A stretch of 64,000 nt of DNA, from NCBI GenBank assembly GCA_951406725.2, contig OX597816.1, forward strand, positions 30,070,001-30,134,000. The letters run 5' to 3'. Each line of letters begins with the position of its first letter. Position 1 is the first letter of the stretch. The notes beneath the pieces are model-generated. The model saw nothing but the letters and a program-made list of their open reading frames with translations, was not told where the DNA came from and did not search any database. The position numbers and the translations under genes were made by a program. Source of the DNA: Octopus vulgaris. Its lineage: Eukaryota. Below are positions 1 through 14,770 of this stretch, one piece after another.

Positions 1-134
1 TGGTGTTGCCATAGTGCGCCAACCAGCTGGGAAAAGGTTTATCAAAATCAATTTACAGAAAACCCAGAAATCATAAAATTTCACTCCTAAGGTATTAGCG
101 TGGTTCTTGATGTATATATAAATTTTTCACTATA

Positions 135-307
135 GGCGCAGGAGTGGCTGTGTGGTAAGTAGCTTGCTTACCAACCACATGGTTTCGGGTTCAGTCCCAC
201 TGCGTGGCACTTTGGGCAAGTATCTTCTACTATGGCCTCGGGCCGACCAAAGCCTTGTGAGTGGATTTGGTAGATGGAAACTCAAAGAAGCTCGTCGTAT
301 ATATGTG

Positions 308-359
<52 letters not shown>

Positions 360-540
360 TGTGTCTGTGTTTGTCCCCCTAGCATTACTTGACAACTGAT
401 GCTGGTGTGTTTATTTCCCCGTAACTTAGCGATAGAATAAGTACTAGGCTTACAAAGAATAAGTCCTGGGGTCGATTTGCTCGACTAACGGTGGTGCTCC
501 AGCATGGCCACAGTCAAATGACTGAAACAAGTAAAAGAGT
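135..540 (+). mobile_element. SINE family A (tRNA-like head, CORE-like accttgggcaagt segment, internal microsatellite, gtaaaaga tail)
   Basis: ggcgcaggagtggctgtgtggtaag head with A/B-box-like motifs; >15 similar copies in window. Confidence 0.85.
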
Positions 541-1021
541 AGGTGTGTGGTGGGGCTTGTTTCATTAGGTTTATGATAGGTACCATATGATCCAATATGT
601 CCTTGCTTTGGGATAACGGTAGAATAAGATATTTCTAGCAGATTGTATGATCAGAAAGAGACTTTGACATGGGATTGTTTGTAGTATGGTGATGTTGTTT
701 AGCCCCAGGTCAACACTGATCGATCTATGATCAAGGGTGTCCCAGACACACAATCGGGCTTTTTTTTTTTTTTTGTATTTACATACATTATCCAATGCGA
801 ACTTCTTTTTCAAGATTTTAGGGTGTGATTCGAAGGATATTTGGTTGCTATTTTCTGCCGATCTCTCGACCAGAACATCCAGCTATTGTTATCACTGTTG
901 CTGCTGCTACTGCTGTTATTGTTGTTGTCGTTGTTGTTTAGTTCGAAATCACCTCTGATTCAGCAGACCTGTGATATCAAAGGCTGTCGAATCATGACCA
1001 TACCCCGACTACATTATCTCT

Positions 1022-1416
1022 TTTACTCTTTTACTCTTTTACTTGTTTCAGTCATTTGACTGCGGCCATGCTGGAGCACCACCTTTAGTCGAGCAAATCG
1101 ACACGGGGACTTATTCTTTCTAAGCTCAGTACTTATTCTATCGGTCTATTTTGCCGAACCGCTAAGTGACGGGGACGTAAACACACCAGCATCGGTTGTC
1201 AAGCAATGCTAGGGGGACGAACACAAACACACAAACACACATATATATATATACATATATACGACAGGCTTCTTTCAGTTTCCGTCTACCAAATCCACTC
1301 ACAAGGCATTGGTCGGCCCGGGGCTATAGCAGAAGACACTTGCCCAATATGCCACGCAGTGGGACTGAACCCGGAACCATGTGGTTGGTTAGCAAGCTAC
1401 TTACCACACAGCCACT
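1022..1416 (-). mobile_element. SINE family A
   Basis: Reverse complement of 135-540. Confidence 0.85.
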
Positions 1417-1772
1417 CACATTTCTTCCTCTCTTCTTTAATTTACTGAAGACGAGAGGGTGGTTTCGGAGATATGACAGAGATTTGACTTCTATTACTAG
1501 GACCTTGAAAGACCATATTGAGGTTTCTTCATTGGCTCGTGTCTGTAACATATTGTTTTCATGGCAAATGTTAGGGGAAGGGGGTACGAATTCATATATT
1601 CACTGCCAACAGGGACGGTCGTATTGATATTCGATCTGTTAGGTGAACAAACAACTGGTGTCAGTATTGATGACAACTATTGAATGTCAGAACAATTATT
1701 ACAGGTGGCAGTACTAAAACACATCAACATGGGTGTGTGTGTGTATGTACGTGTATGTTTGTGTGTGTGTGT

Positions 1773-1813
<41 letters not shown>

Positions 1814-2073
1814 TGAGTTTATACGAGCGTATAAGTGAAATAATAGCTTAAGAATTTGTCTGCGAGTGAGCTTGTGTGTGATTAATTACATATATAGTCG
1901 TATCTAGATACACATACACACACATAAGAAAGTGCGTGCGTGCGTGTGTGTGTGTGCGCGCGTTTATATGTATGTGGGTGTGTGCACAATGAAAAATGAA
2001 CTGAACCGAGTACATCTTAATTCGTATTGAGTGTAATTCACCAAAGAGCTCAACGAAGATTTACAAAATTATA

Positions 2074-2234
2074 CGTAGGAGTGACTGTGTGGTAAGAAGC
2101 TTGCTTACCAACCACATGGTTCCGGGTTCAGTCCCACTGCGTGGCACTTTGGGCAAGTGTCTTCTACTATAGCCTCGGGCCGATCAAAACCTTGTGAGTG
2201 GATTTGGTAGACGGAAACTGAAAGAAGCCCGTCG

Positions 2235-2269
<35 letters not shown>

Positions 2270-2500
2270 ATGTGTATGTATATGTTTGTGTGTCTGTGTT
2301 TGTTCCCCCAACGTCGCTTGACAACCGATGCTGGTGTGTTTACGTCTCCGTAACTTAGCGGTTCGGCAAAAGTGACCGATAGAATAAGTACTAGGCTTAC
2401 AACGAATAAGTCTTGGGGTTGTTATGTTCGACTAAAGGCAGTGCTCCAGCATGGCCACAGGCAAATGACTGAAACAAGTAAAAGAGTAAAGGAGTAAAAA
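2074..2500 (+). mobile_element. SINE family A
   Basis: Head, microsatellite and tail match family. Confidence 0.85.
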
Positions 2501-3659
2501 GTTGTGAGTATTATGGACGGTAATGATATACATCCTCAGTAAAGGAAAAATAAACTAGAAAATGAAGCTACAATGTGCCATAGTAAATACAGTATGTGTC
2601 CACAGCCTCATAAAATATTCTAGAGACAACATATTACTTCGATGCAAACAATTTCTTAAGCTGACCAAAGACGTACATGCATATCTGGGAATCAGAACGA
2701 TCAATATATGTTGGTGGCTAGTAATTTTATCTTGAGATTCTTCAGATCGAGGAAATATTTAATGAGTTTTAACGTACTTTTTACGTATTTCTAATAAATA
2801 CGTATTTCTAATAAAAATGAATTTTTTTTTATTAGAAATGAGTCTTTGAGAATATAATAAGTAGTGGTAGTAACAGAAGTTGGTAATATTTTCAACAAAT
2901 AGTTATCCATCAACTCCTTATCATTATTGTTATCACCACACACACACACATGCATAAATACATATGCGTGCGCGTGCACACACATGAGTTAAGAGAAATA
3001 ACTAAAAAAGTACACTGGATAAAATGTTAATTGTTTGCAAATTGTTTTTGTTACATGTTATTTTGTGTTCTGAATACTTTTATCTTAATAAATGTTGCTT
3101 ACTGCAAGTTATGGATGATTCTTTTATGACTTCATTGCTTTCAGGCTTAGCTTAAGGTATTTTCGCGCCCAACATCACAAAATGTGTCTGAATAAACATT
3201 GCAGGGCAGTAAATTGAGACTCGGACATTGCTTAGAAAATATTTTTCATCTTTAACCTCGTATATAGTACGCACTAAGGATTTTGACCATTAAATTTTGG
3301 GGAAAAAATGCGGATTATACTCGAGGATTTATGGTATGCAAAAACATTGTTAAATACATTTTTAGTCAGCAGTAATTTGCATTATTAACATTGAAATAAT
3401 TGAAGAATTTATTCTGGACAATTTTCGTCTTTGTATATGCTGGCCCTCGAGCTACAACTTCAGAACTTGAACAGCTCTCCAGTTACTATTGTAGTAACAG
3501 GAGCATCCAACTGGGGTTCGAGAGGCTCATGTCTGTGTATGTCCTGATTCTTGAACAGGGCAAATGAAGTTGGCGCCATTGTAAAGAAGACGAGACGATA
3601 GCAGAAGCTAAAATCAATCCAAACTGGTAGGTGGACTTGTAGGTTGGTAATTTTAGAGA

Positions 3660-4070
3660 ATTTCTTTACTACCCACAAGGGGCGAAACACAGAGGGGACA
3701 AACAAGGACAGACAAACGGATTAAGTCGATTATATCGACCCCAGTGCGTAAATGGTATTTTATTTATGGACCCCGAAACGATGAAAGGCAAAGTCGACCT
3801 CGGCGGAATTTGAACTCAAAACGTAGCAGCAGACGAAATACCTATTTCTTTACTACCCACAAGAGGCAAAACACAGAAGAGACAAACAAGGACAGACAAA
3901 CGGACTAAGTCGATTATATCGACCCCAGTGCGTAAATGGTACTTAATTTATCGACCCCGAAAGGATGAAAGGCAAAGTCGACCTCGGCGGAATTTGAACT
4001 CAGAACGTAACGGCAGACGAAATACGGCTACGCATTTCGCCCGGCGTGCTAACGTTTCTGCCAGCTCGCC
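3660..4070 (-). mobile_element. SINE family B (ggcgagctggcagaaacgttagcacg head; gcctttcatcctttcggggtcgata body), body duplicated
   Basis: Two tandem body units, one head; many copies in window. Confidence 0.85.
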
Positions 4071-4491
4071 GATGAACAACGTCACTGGTACTGGATCGAT
4101 AGTCTGGTAAAGCTACTCGAGATCTGGTTCGGTTTATACCTTGAGTTAGACCGAATATAGGACGAGGTAAAGAAAAAGCGGTTAGTATTACGCAGATGAA
4201 CCAAGAAGAAGCTGGTCAAAACCTGGCAAAGGTGGTGAATGCCTTCATCATCTCCGTTATCGTTAACCGCCCGTCTGTCACGCCTTTCTGCAGTTTCCGT
4301 TCGATCGGACTGGAAGGTTTGTTTTTCATATTCTTATGGAAGAATCATGTTCTGCTGGTCGAGCAGTTTGTCTGCTGGCAGAACTTTCTATATGGCGAGT
4401 TAGGGATGGCTTGGCTGTTGATTCTCAGACGCATGCGTCAGTTGCTGTCTTTGGTAAATCAAAGACGGAAACTGTTGCATTGTATCTTTAA

Positions 4492-4883
4492 CTAGCAGTA
4501 TCGCCCGGCGTTGCTCGGGTTTGTAAGGGAAATAACTATATAAGCATTTTTAGAGATGTAAAGTATAATAGCCATCTCAATATGGCTAACCACAAAGGGG
4601 GGGTGTTACTGTAGCTTTTTACGTTCTGAGATTTAATGATAAATTTTTAGAGAGTTACTTCCCTTATATATGCCAAAAATGCATTAAAAATGGGAAAAAT
4701 TGATGGTAATTTTTTTAAAATCATAGACTCATCGTAGACGCGCGCTAATACTCAGAAGGGCTTGATATGAATCACGACTATAAGATACCCGGTTTTGGTT
4801 AAACTGCACCGCAAAATGTGGGAGTAGTTAGGAATCTAAATCGTAGGAGACACAGCACACAACCTCTCTTTTATATATAAAGA
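4492..4883 (-). mobile_element. Non-autonomous Helitron
   Basis: Minus strand starts TC, ends CCCGAGCAACGCCGGG hairpin then CTAG; inserted between A and T without TSD; second copy at 28523. Confidence 0.8.
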
Positions 4884-5976
4884 TGTCGCAGGACGTTCTC
4901 TGCTGTCTACTAGTCGGCAACGGGTTCGGTGAATGTTCCACACTAGCAATTTATAGAAAGTAACGACATTCTCGGGGACGCTCTGGGCGTCAACATGAAC
5001 GAGATAGTTTATCTGTTCAGGAGGACTTTGAAATTGGGGACTACTATAGAAATAACTTCTATAAGTCATTGGCTTGGCAGCGCTGCCGAGAAGCGTTACC
5101 AGTTTGAGATTAACTCTACAGGCCTGGAAGTGCTGTCAGACGGGCCAACTTAAGATGTGTGAAGAGTATCAAAACTTTTCTAGACGCATTTGTTTCGCGT
5201 CCAAACATTACTAACTTGTGAAGCAATGTCGAACAGCTACTGTCAGATATTGTACAGATCCGGATATCAATCGAGTTCATCGTGATGATTTCTCCGTCAC
5301 CTTCCTCAACTGAACAAGGAAGGCAGTTTTTCCTTTGTCCGTAAGAATAGCAGAAGAAGTTGTGAAGCGAACCAAGATGAAAAGCATGAGGACAGAGACA
5401 TTGATTTTCGACGAAGCCCTAATCTAATTTTTCAAGGTTCACTTGAAAAGAAAAGTGAGGGAAGAGAGGGAGGGCCATCCTCAAATAAATTTGTTGAAAA
5501 TGACAAGGGTAGTTGGCACCACAACACGTTCTCCAATTAAAGAGTCGGAGGAGAGCGATTAGAAAGGACACGTTCCGTTGATGATCAAACGATTTGGGCT
5601 ACTTTTCAATTGGCCTGAGATAGACGTCCTCTTAATACAGGAGAAATGTTTCATCTCATCATTCTTCATTGTTTGTGTTTCATAAATACCTATGTTGCAT
5701 GCCCATCGCCTTGTTGTTGCTAATTCGATTTTTTTTGCATAAGTCCCATATATTAAGTATATCTTTTTTCTTGTTTTCTTCGTCCTTTGCCCGTGTAGCA
5801 GGCGAGCTTGCATAATTTCCGTTTTGAATTCAAATTCCACCAAGGTCGACTTTATCTTTCATTACTTTGCGGACGATAAAATAAGTACCAGTTGAATTCT
5901 GGGAGATGATGTAATCGTCTTACCTCCCCACCTGAACTTGATGGTCTTGTGCCAAAATTCGAAATTATTATTATTA

Positions 5977-6007
<31 letters not shown>

Positions 6008-6011
<4 letters not shown>

Positions 6012-6530
6012 TAGTTTTATTATTCAGTAGTTTTATTTTTATTTTTATAACGTGCTTTCACTTCACTACCGAGCATAGCTCTGAGTGCCTTGGGTATGTC
6101 CTGTGGTTTGGTTTGATGCTCTGATGGTTACTGTAGTGAGAGTGTTTTGCGTAGGATGTGTGCAGTGCCTAGTAGTGCAATTTTCTGTACGTTATATGTG
6201 TTTGTAAGTCCTGGTGTTTTTGTTATGTATTTGTATGAATATTTTTTATAATCCCTAATGCACCTACTATGATAGGAATTGTTTCTGTTTTTAGATTCCA
6301 CATTCGAGTTACCTCTATTTCCAGGTCTTTATATTCTAAAAGTTTCTCCATTTCTTTTAGAGACACGTTGTCATCTGCTGGTATTGATACATCAACTAGA
6401 AAGCATTTTTTTTTCTTCATGATCTCTGACAACTATATCTGGTCTCTTGGCCTTAATTTCTCTATCTGTGTGTATTGGCATATCCCAGAGTATGGTTGCT
6501 TTCTCATTTTCTGTGACCTTTTCTGGGGAT
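6008..6530 (-). mobile_element. R4/Dong-like non-LTR retrotransposon 3' fragment (restriction-like endonuclease end) in (TAA)n
   Basis: RPDIVV..CFLVDVSIP..EK..YKDL..IPIIVGALG; 3' end runs into TAA repeats. Confidence 0.75.
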
Positions 6531-6595
6531 CGGTTGTTATGCCATAATGTTGGCAAAGCTTCCAATGTATGAAGGTCCCAACTCTGTCGTGTCTG

Positions 6596-6771
<176 letters not shown>

Positions 6772-6791
6772 TCTTTATTATTATGATTATT

Positions 6792-7245
6792 AAGTGAGAG
6801 AGCAGCGCATGCTATTATAATGGCCTTCATGACTATCCGTTTAATAAGGGTACACCAGGCACATGCATCACAACCATATGTGCGCGACATGGTGATCCCA
6901 CATCACGATACACAGCGCATGGCTCTGCAGGTGGGGCCTTGTTAGAATTTTCTTCAAGTCGAGTAGCTCAACCCGCTCAAAAGGTCCCTGAATAAAGGTT
7001 ATTTAAGGGTGTTGAACGAACCACCAATGTTTCTAGAAATGAATTATTCAACCCCACGAAGAATTCCTCTCAATACATGACTTTGATGCTCCCCCACTAC
7101 TTCTGCTCGTGATCAGAGAGGCACATATCGTCAGTCACCAAGGAACATGCTCTACTGGTTAAGGTCAAACAACTGACAAGCAAATCTGTCGTATTGAGCA
7201 GAATATTTGTTATAGCCCATCTATTATACCTTGACAAAGCATGTA

Positions 7246-7300
<55 letters not shown>

Positions 7301-7825
7301 GAGTGAGAGAGCATTGCATGCCATCAAAGTGACACTGGGGTAAAATATACGAAGCCCAGTATGCCCATCATGACTACCCGTCTGATAAGGGTACACTAGG
7401 CACATGCATCACACCCATGTGTGCGCGACATGGTGATCTCATATCAAGATAAACAACACATGACCTTGCAGGTTGGGCCCAGTTAGAATTTTCTTCGGCC
7501 GAGTAACCCATCCCGCCCAAAAGGTCCCTGAATAAGGGTTGTTTAAGGATATTGAACGAAACGCCCATGTTTCCAGAGGTGAATTATTCAAACCCCAAAG
7601 AATCCTTCTCAACACATGACTATGATGCTCCCTGCCTACTTCTGCTCGTGATCAGAGATGCACATATCGTCAGCCACTAAGGGACATGCTCAACTGGTTA
7701 AGGTCAAACAACTGACAAGCAAATCTGTGGTATTGAGCAGAATATTTGCTGTAGCCCATCTTTTATACCAAGACAAAACAATGTACATCATAACACTTCC
7801 AATCACTTAAGATCAGAAGCAACAC

Positions 7826-7871
<46 letters not shown>

Positions 7872-8397
7872 GAGTGAGAGAGCAGTTCATGCCATCAAAG
7901 TGACACTGGGGTAAAATATACGAAGCCCAATATACCCATCATGACTACCCGTCTGATAAAGGTACACCAGGCACATGCATCACAACCATATGTGCGCGAC
8001 ATGGTGATCTCATATCAAGATAAACAGCACATGACCTTGCAGGTGGGGCCCAGTTAGAATTTTCTTCAGGTTGAGTAGCTCATCCCGCTCAAAAGGTCCC
8101 TGAATAAGGGTTGTTTAAGGATGTTGAAAGAACCACCCATGTTTCCAGAGGTGAACTATTCAAACCCCAAAGAATCCCTCTCAACACATGGCTATGATGC
8201 TCCCCCACTACTTCTGCTCGTGATCAGAGATGCACATATCGTCAGCCACTAAGGGACATGCTAAACTGGTTAAGGTCAAGCAGCTGACAAGCAAATCTGT
8301 GGTATTGAGCAGAATATTTGCTGTAGCCCATCTTTTATACCAAGACAAAGCAATGTACATGATAACACTTCGAATCAGTTAAGATCAGAAGCCAAAC
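6792..8397. repeat. Three head-to-tail ~450-525 bp units separated by (TTA)n
   Basis: Units 6792-7247, 7301-7825, 7872-8397 align along their length. Confidence 0.9.
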
Positions 8398-8464
<67 letters not shown>

Positions 8465-9230
8465 GCTCTCCATGTCTTGGGCAAGTGAGAGAAATGATGA
8501 TTATTATTATCGTTGTTGTTGTGTTTTTGAGAAGGACAATGTGAGTGCAGAATGAAATGCCCTGCCTAATAATCCTATCCAAACACCTGCAGCTGATCCA
8601 TAATCTGATACATCTTACACATTCGATCATCGACCGTCAACTTGTGTCATCGTGGTAGGAAACTGTTTTACAGTCACGACTGACACCTTGTGAAGATGGT
8701 TTCACGCCTACAACAAAATTGCTGATATCATCACGGGAATTACCACATCATGCTGTGTGACCAAATGGTAGCAGAATATTTTACAATGGTACACATTCAC
8801 ATATCTGAACACATGCGCACGCACACACAGAATCGCCCACACATATTAGAGATCCTTCATCGGTTTAATGATGAGCATTCATTTGATTTATTAACTGAAT
8901 TCCTGTTATTGAAATTAAGAAGAAACACACTGTAAAAATTAGTAAAAATGCTAAGTGAAATCTTTCTGCACATGTCATACACGTTATTTCATTTGAATAT
9001 TTCTTTGCTTGTATTGTATGAATACCTTCTCCATTCATATAACCATAAATGTTGTTCCAAAACATAACGAAGCCTCCATTGTTACAGACTCATTCTTCTC
9101 CATGAAAATGCCCGACTACATGACACGCAAATGAACGGGGGTCATCAAGAATTGCTCTGGAATTTTTGCTGTTCGACAAACAAATGTACCCAACTGCTGT
9201 CTTCTCCTCACTGGCAACTTCAACACTATG

Positions 9231-9415
9231 GCGGCGAGAAGGCAGAAACGTTAGCACGTCGGGCGAAATGCTTAGCGGCATTTCGTATGTCTTTATTTTC
9301 TGAGTTCAAATTGCGCCGAGGTCGACTTTGCCTTTTATCTTTTCGGGGTCAATAAATTAAGTATCAGTTGCGTACTGGGGTCGATCTAATCGACTCGCCC
9401 CCTCCCTCCAAAATT
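9231..9415 (+). mobile_element. SINE family B
   Basis: Head and body match family. Confidence 0.8.
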
Positions 9416-9461
9416 TCGGCTGTTTTGTTGTCGGCTGCTTTTCTACTTCGTATTCCGAGCA

Positions 9462-9539
<78 letters not shown>

Positions 9540-9826
9540 GTGTGTGTGTGTGCTTTATTAATAAAATGTATATATATATATATATATATATATGCGTATG
9601 TATGTATGTATATATATATATATATATATATACATACATACGCACACCACACACACATATATAAATGTGTATGTATGCATGTATGTATGTATGTATGTAC
9701 GTACGTATGTAAAGTCACTGTTAATCTGAACTTTACAATAAATTCATTCTATCTCTATTAAGTCACCACAACGGTAAATGTTCTATTTTTATTCTTAAAG
9801 TTGCTTCTTTAATTACCTTAATTTAA

Positions 9827-9917
<91 letters not shown>

Positions 9918-10129
9918 TTATACATAATTGCTGCTTAATTCAGGACTGAAATAAATTTAAATATTCTAGACTCAGTTTATATTGGATAAGTGTATTTTAT
10001 GCATTTTACCGGATAATGTACATGTTGTACGAGTGTGAGTAAATTTCTTCTGTGGAGCAAATTTATTCACACTCACGTTGAAGAGTTGGGGCTACTGGAC
10101 TAAATTAATTAGAAATTCTGCAGAAAATC

Positions 10130-10420
10130 AATATTGTTGGCAATATTTCAATCATGGATACCACAAACTTTTTACCAACGTCCCAGTAAGGGAAACTATA
10201 AATATAATCTTGAATGACGTATACACACATAAAATGAACCCAACTGCTTTACTAGCAACATGATGTTGATCTTTTCCATTGAGGCACCTGAGGTCCTCTT
10301 TTTCAGTTCACAAAATAACGTATACACAGCGAGACAGGTAGTTATGGATTCTGCACTCGATTCTACAATCACGATATTCTTCATGGTTTACTTGAAAACA
10401 AAGTCGTTAGCCTGCATAAC
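10130..10420 (+). mobile_element. Penelope-like reverse transcriptase remnant
   Basis: LFTNVPVRETINIIL and degenerate Q..VVMDSAL..FFM..LK motifs match PLE RT (SLFTNVP, QxxGxxMGSPL); frameshifted. Confidence 0.6.
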
Positions 10421-10516
10421 CATCTGCACAGATATTAATAGACAGGCTAATAGATTTTACAAAGATCTCAGAAATAATTGCATCCATTCACTTCTAATCC
10501 AACATAGCTCTAATAT

Positions 10517-10883
10517 GGAAGCACTCCGTCGGTTACGACGACGATGGTTCCGGTTGATCCGATCAACGGAACAGCCTGCTCGTGAAAGTAACGTGTAAGT
10601 GGCTGAGCACTCCACAGACACGTGTACCCTTAACGTAGTTCTCGGGGATATTCAGCGTGACACAGAGAGTGACAAGGCCGGCCCTTTGAAATACAGGTAC
10701 AACAGAAACAGGAAGTAAGAGTGAGAGAAAGTTGTGGTGAAAGAGTACAGCAGGGATCACCACCATCCCCTGCCGGAGCCTCGTGGAGCTTTAGGTGTTT
10801 TCGCTCAATAAACACTCACAACGCCCGGTCTGGGAATCGAAACCGCGAGTCCGCTGCCCTAACCACTGGGCCATTGCGCCTCC
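10517..10883 (-). mobile_element. SINE family C (tRNA-like head ggaggcgcaatggcccagtggttaggg)
   Basis: A/B boxes; flanked by agctctaatat duplication; homologues at 35519 and 49437. Confidence 0.8.
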
Positions 10884-10959
10884 ACAGCTCTAATATAAAT
10901 CTGTGCCGTCTTGGATGTCTTGGGCGTTTCATCAAATGCTGCTAAAGCAGGGGTTAGTG

Positions 10960-11620
10960 CAATGTTTCTCAACCATTTCTTTTTACCTATGGACTCCTTT
11001 GATTCCTATTTTACTTCGGATGGATGCTCCAAGCATTCTATGTTTAAAAAAAAATCTTAATATATTTTCATAATTAAATTTTATCAGGAACTGTATAAAA
11101 GAAATGAAAATATTTCGTGTATTTTATATTGTTTGCGTAGGAGTGGCTGTGTGGTAAGTAGCTTGTTTATGAACCACATGGTTTCGGGTTCAGTTCCACT
11201 GCCTGGCACCTTGGACAAGTGTCTTCTACTATAGCTTCGGGCCGAGTGGATTTGGTAGAAGGAAACTAAAAGAAGCCCGTCGTATATGTGTATATATATG
11301 TATGTGTGTGTATATGTTTGTATGTCTGTGTTTGTTACCCCAACATCTCTTGACAACCGATGCTGGTGTGTTTACGTCCACGTAACTTAGCGGTTCGGTA
11401 AAAGAGACCGATAGAATAAGTACTAGGCTTACAAAGAATAAGTCCTGGGGTCGATTTGCTCGACTAAAGGCGGTGCTCCAGCATGGCCACAGTCAAATGA
11501 CTGAAACAAGTAAAAGAGTATTGTAGAAGTGTAACCAATTTACTGCGCATAAATTTTAACAGCAAAATCTTATATGGGCTCCTCTTCAAGGGCCATATGG
11601 ACTCCAGTTGCGAACCACTG
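10960..11620. mobile_element. Putative hAT-like MITE with SINE A nested at 11134-11520
   Basis: Imperfect TIRs caatgtttctcaacc / agttgcgaaccactg; TSD degenerate. Confidence 0.45.
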
Positions 11621-12659
11621 AATTAGCATTTCTTGTGCTGCGTTAAGAAGTAAGTAACAACGCTGACGAACAATTAACAGAATTTTAATTATTGCACGTA
11701 GGATATTACATGTGCTGGTCTTTTACAAATAATAACAGCAATAATTATATACTAGGAGACATGGAAAAACCGTGCTGCGTTCAAAGAAGTTACTTATGAG
11801 ATATCGTGTGAATGTTTTGTTCGATCTGTGTAAGAATCTGGAGATGCCTGCGCAAATGTCCCTGGAAAGAGTGGAGGCGCATTTCGCTCAGCCGCCTTCA
11901 ATACAAAGAATTGTGACGCTAAAAGCGGCTATATATAAGGTGCGAAGAGAATATTCTAGAAAATTGAATCCCGGGGTGACTTGACGCTGACTGGTTGCTT
12001 AATAGACCGATCGCATGAAACCACTGTGGTTTAATCGTGATGTCTGACTGCGTGTTCGATGATTCGGTTTCGAATCACAATACCAAAACACTACTCTATT
12101 CTTAAATATAAATGTAGCAATTAAGCAACATTTATAGCAACTCAGTATACACAAACAATCGACTATATGTAGTGAGTGGGGTAATGAAAGTCTTAGTTGA
12201 TGTAAAATATGTGTAGTAAAATCACAAAACAGTCAACCACGAAAAAACAAATCCTAAAGGGGAAAACCTGCAACAATAACAAGTTAAACAGTACTCAACA
12301 GTAACAATAGCCTTCTGTCACTTTGCGTTCGGGAAACGAATGGGGTCCAAATTACGAATTCCAGGAACGCGGTTCAAGTTGATTTTCATGCCCAGAACCT
12401 CCACGAGATGCACGTGTATTTCGGTTTTCATGACAATTGTTTGCGACTGTCGCCCACGGCATTCAACGCAGCTACATTTTGACGTTTCGCTTCAGGGAAA
12501 GTTGAAAGGCTACCTGCAATTTCGGTCTCAGCCATAAACTAGCATGTCTTGGAATATTTACACTTACGTCCCCGAAATAAATTTTCAGAATTTACCATAT
12601 AAAAATGATATTTGAAAAAATTCGCATTTCTTTTGCGATTCAGTGTATACAGACACGAC

Positions 12660-13400
12660 AAAGTAAGCAGTTATATCCACTGGACAATATGCTAACATCG
12701 CAATATCAAAAACTGACAGCAAGTAGTATAAGCATTGCCAAGCAAGGCACAAGACAACGATCAGGCCACAACCATTTGGGATATACCTATTCGAACCCAC
12801 AAAGAAATAAAAGATAATCGCACAGATATAATACTCAAGGATTGGGAAAAAACACCTGCTTACTGATAGACATTGCAGTCCCTTCTGATCAAAATATTTT
12901 GTAAAAAGAAGTGGAGAAATTGTCGAAGTACAAAGACTTTGAAATTGAAATATGCAAAATGTGAGCATGAAAGTATAAACAATATCAATGATAATTGAAG
13001 TATTGGGCACGATAAAAAAAATCCTATGAACAAAAATGTAGAAGCTATACCTGGATCTTCAACACTACGCAGTGTCCCAAAATAGGCCTGCTATGAAAAG
13101 CCCACAACCTACGCACAACACTATCAACCCAATAATACAACTTAAACAAGACAATCCATAAATACAAGACACACTCTATACAGCATTTACCCAGTGAAAT
13201 AAACTGCCACCAGCAAGCTAGAAAACCAAAGCATTACACAATGAACACTCAATACAAGCAGTAACACAACAAAAGACAGCACTACAGCCCAAGGAAAAAA
13301 ACAGACAAACTAACACAATACACTACCGGGAAGAGTTTGCACACTCCCAATAGCAGAAAAGAACACAGTAGAAATTTGCCTCGATCTACCAAATATTGGA
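12660..13400 (+). mobile_element. Older R4/Dong-like 3' fragment ending at (TAA)n
   Basis: WDIPIRTHKEIKDNRTDII..LLIDIAVP..EKLSKYKD with frameshifts; (TAA)n at ~13410-13580. Confidence 0.65.
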
Positions 13401-13439
13401 CAGTTATATAATGATAATAATAATAATAATAACAATAAC

Positions 13440-13580
<141 letters not shown>

Positions 13581-14304
13581 CCTTTCTACCCCGAAAGGAT
13601 GAAAGACAAAAACAACTCAGCGGAATAATAATAATAATAACGGAAGGTTCATGGCGTCTAAGGTCACTTACAGCACGATGTTAGGAATTTTTTTTTCCAG
13701 TAGCCTAATCTGTTGTGTGTTTATGAAATAATAATGATGATGATGATGATAATGATAATGAGGCTGATATGAGGATGACGATGATAGTGGTGGTGGTGGT
13801 GGTGGTGGTGGTGGTGGTGATGATGATGATAATGATGATGGTTACGACGACGACGGCGATGATGATGACCTTTATGGAAAAAAAGTCGGTTTCAATTCTG
13901 TACCCTGTAAACTTTTGCTATACCGTACAAACGTTGCGGTAGCGCTGGATACGGTGGTTGTGATGGTGTTTATTCGTGAAGTAAGACTGAATTCCAATAC
14001 CTAATCTTTTACACACACGCTGAATCTGTTTCAGATTACTTTATTAATCTTAACTTAAACATGTATAAACTTAAATAAACTTTAATATAAATTATGGGAT
14101 TTTAAATATGAATTAAATAAATGAACTTAACTTAAGGACCTTATATGTCGTACACCAAAAATATAAATTGGAATCCACTAATTAAACTAAATGTACGTAA
14201 CTGAAGATAATTGTTGAACTAAACTTTAATTAAGGACCTTATAGTATTACAACATTTTAAAATTTGATTTTATTTAATCCTACCTCAAGTGCAACATCTG
14301 CCTC

Positions 14305-14305
14305 T

Positions 14306-14336
<31 letters not shown>

Positions 14337-14370
14337 CACCATCACCATCATCACCATCATCATCATCATC

Positions 14371-14402
<32 letters not shown>

Positions 14403-14453
14403 CATCACCATCACCATCACCATCATCATCATCATCATCATCATCACCATCAC

Positions 14454-14524
<71 letters not shown>

Positions 14525-14556
14525 CCATCACCATCATCATCATCATCACCATCACC

Positions 14557-14620
<64 letters not shown>

Positions 14621-14770
14621 GCATTATCATCATCACCATCACTATCACCTACACCACAACCACCATTGCCGCCGCCGCCGCCACCACCACCACCACCACA
14701 ACCACCACCACCACCACCACCACCACCACCACCTCCACCACCATCACCACCACCTAAACCACCACCACCT
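14305..14770. repeat. (CAT)n/(CAC)n compound microsatellite
   Basis: Direct reading. Confidence 0.95.

Larger units (their letters stand above)
3430..5330 (+). mobile_element. Decayed Tx1/L1-like LINE ORF2 remnant interrupted by a SINE dimer and a Helitron
   Basis: Translation KVVNAFIISV..LEGLFFIFLWK..VC..GELGM resembles Tx1-like ORF2 C-terminal half; AKIN motif near 3605; boundaries approximate. Confidence 0.6.

Noticed and set aside
135-210. SINE heads as tRNA genes
   Set aside because: A/B boxes only, no complete cloverleaf, always fused to SINE bodies
11750-12080. Solo LTR or promoter with TATA at ~11929
   Set aside because: No TG..CA ends, TSD or partner LTR found
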